Shown here one piece after another: positions 62,832-64,000 of a stretch of 64,000 nucleotides of DNA. The stretch's first letter is position 1, and every line of letters starts with the position of its first letter. A program made the translations under genes and the position numbers. The notes beneath the pieces are model-generated. The model saw only the letters and a list, made by a program, of their open reading frames with translations. It had not been told where the DNA came from and ran no database searches. Where the stretch lies: assembly GCA_966243015.1 (NCBI GenBank), contig CBIMES010000002.1, positions 48,518 to 112,517 of the forward strand, given 5' to 3'. Source of the stretch: an uncultured bacterium (lineage in GTDB: Bacteria; Patescibacteriota; Minisyncoccia; Phycocordibacterales; UBA6065).

Positions 62832-64000
62832 ATGTCATTTAACACAATCGTGCTCATCTCACTTGCGGTGGGCATCACGATCGGATACTGGGCGAGAATT
62901 CTCGTCTCGAGTCGCAAGCGAAACTCTCTCGAGATCGAGATCAAAGAGATGGAGCTAAAGGCGCAGGAGGCCGCGAAAAAAATTCTCCTCGAGGCAGAAC
63001 AGAACGCGGCCGACACCCTCAAGGAACTGAGGCGAGAGGCAAAGGAAAAAGAGGAGAAGCTGAAGGTCGCCGAGGAGCGCGTGGTAAAGAAGGAGGACTC
63101 TCTTGAAAAGCGGGAGGCTGATCTCGATGCCGAAATCGAGAGCCTCAAGGCGAAAGCGCAGGAGGTCCGCGACATCAAGGAGCGCGCCGACAAGCTGCTC
63201 GCCGAGCGAGAGTCCCTTCTTCAGAAGACCGCTCGCCTGAGCGAGGCCGAGGCCAAGGAGCAAATCATCAGGGCAGCTGAGACTAGATACCAAGAGGACC
63301 TCGTCGCGCGCATGCAGAAGCTCGAACTCAACAACCAGGAGACGCTCGAGGGTCGAGCACGGGACATTATCACGACTGCCATTCACCGACTCGGAAACTC
63401 GGTCGCCTCCGACGTGTTCTCCACCACGATCCACCTCCCGAACGAGGAGATCAAGGGAAAGATCATTGGCAAGGAAGGCAGAAACATCAAGAGCTTCGAG
63501 CGCGTGACCGGCGTCGAAGTCATCGTCGACGACACCCCGGGCACAATTGTCCTCTCGTCATTCGACCCCGTTCGCCGACAGGTGGCACGCATGACCCTCG
63601 AGGCCCTCATGGCCGATGGTCGCATCCAGCCAGCCAAGATCGAGAAACTCTACGAGGAGGCGCAGCAGAAGATCGGAAAGATCATGAAGGAGAAGGGCGA
63701 GCAGGCCGCCTTCGAATGTGGGGTGCTCAACCTCGACCCGCGCATCATAGCTATTCTCGGCCGACTGTATTTCCGAACCTCATATGGCCAGAACGTGCTT
63801 CAGCACTCCGTGGAAATGGCACATATTGCGGGAATGATTGCCGAGGAGCTCGGCGCAAACGTGCAGGTGGCCAAGGCAGGTGCCCTCGTCCACGACATCG
63901 GCAAGGCCCTCGACCACGAAGTCCAGGGTACCCACGTCGAAATTGGCCGCAGAATTCTGCAGAAATTCGGTGCCGACGAGGCGATCATCAAGGCAATGCA
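62832..64000 (+). CDS. rny: Ribonuclease Y (N-terminal ~389 aa; the gene runs off the window end)
   Basis: The ORF track missed it because there is no in-window stop. N-terminal TM helix, coiled-coil region, KH domain (KIIGKEGRNIKSFERVTGVEVIVDD), and the start of an HD domain (HSVEMAHIAGMIA...HDIGK). Confidence 0.85.
   Translation, partial: MSFNTIVLISLAVGITIGYWARILVSSRKRNSLEIEIKEMELKAQEAAKKILLEAEQNAADTLKELRREAKEKEEKLKVAEERVVKKEDSLEKREADLDAEIESLKAKAQEVRDIKERADKLLAERESLLQKTARLSEAEAKEQIIRAAETRYQEDLVARMQKLELNNQETLEGRARDIITTAIHRLGNSVASDVFSTTIHLPNEEIKGKIIGKEGRNIKSFERVTGVEVIVDDTPGTIVLSSFDPVRRQVARMTLEALMADGRIQPAKIEKLYEEAQQKIGKIMKEKGEQAAFECGVLNLDPRIIAILGRLYFRTSYGQNVLQHSVEMAHIAGMIAEELGANVQVAKAGALVHDIGKALDHEVQGTHVEIGRRILQKFGADEAIIKAM

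Noticed and set aside
62774-63991. Several minus-strand ORFs of 63-159 aa
   Set aside because: They are antisense to the RNase Y gene. The ORF track missed rny because it has no stop within the window.

Overview
This is a 64-kb segment of a high-GC (~60%) bacterial chromosome. The minus strand carries most of the translation super-cluster: rpsL-rpsG-fusA-tuf-rpsJ-rplC-rplD-rplW-rplB-rpsS-rplV-rpsC-rplP-rpsQ-rplN-rplX-rplE-rpsZ-rpsH-rplF-rplR-rpsE-rplO-secY-adk-map, followed by ndk. There is no L30 gene, and no L29 gene between L16 and S17. The main anomaly is that this normally contiguous cluster is broken at four junctions (rpsG|fusA, fusA|tuf, rpsJ|rplC, rplB|rpsS) by genes for secreted, lipoprotein, membrane and type-IV-pilin-like proteins. 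Each inserted gene has its own terminator, and several of them are paralogues of one another. Other content: recG 3' end, ftsH, smpB with an adjacent tmRNA, tRNA-Ile(UAU), a PadR-PspC pair, a ZIP metal transporter, infC-[PEP-CTERM gene]-rpmI-rplT, two PEP-CTERM-tailed paralogues, and four prepilin-like genes (two fused to LamG-like domains). There is also a PilB/GspE-like ATPase with degenerate catalytic motifs, a ComEC split into a membrane core gene and a separate MBL-domain gene with sod on the opposite strand between them, an RNase HI with a C-terminal hybrid-binding domain, recJ, HIT, pgk-tpiA, a Fur-family regulator overlapping a YibE/F membrane-protein gene, nusA, ppa, a short trigger factor followed by clpP, rsmE, and rny (truncated by the window end). 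Non-coding features include a ~110-160-nt structured inverted-repeat element present twice in opposite orientations, two classes of palindromic operator candidates (TGCAA-N5-TTGCA upstream of both the fur-like gene and the ZIP gene, and a Fur-box-like ATAATGA-AA-TCATTAT at the sod promoter), and many GC hairpins flanked by A and T tracts that look like bidirectional terminators. The gene content (many pilin-like genes, ComEC, missing L30, short trigger factor, many small secreted ORFs, dense packing) is compatible with a CPR/Patescibacteria-like lineage, but that is inference from this window alone. No CRISPR array, rRNA or obvious transposase was seen.
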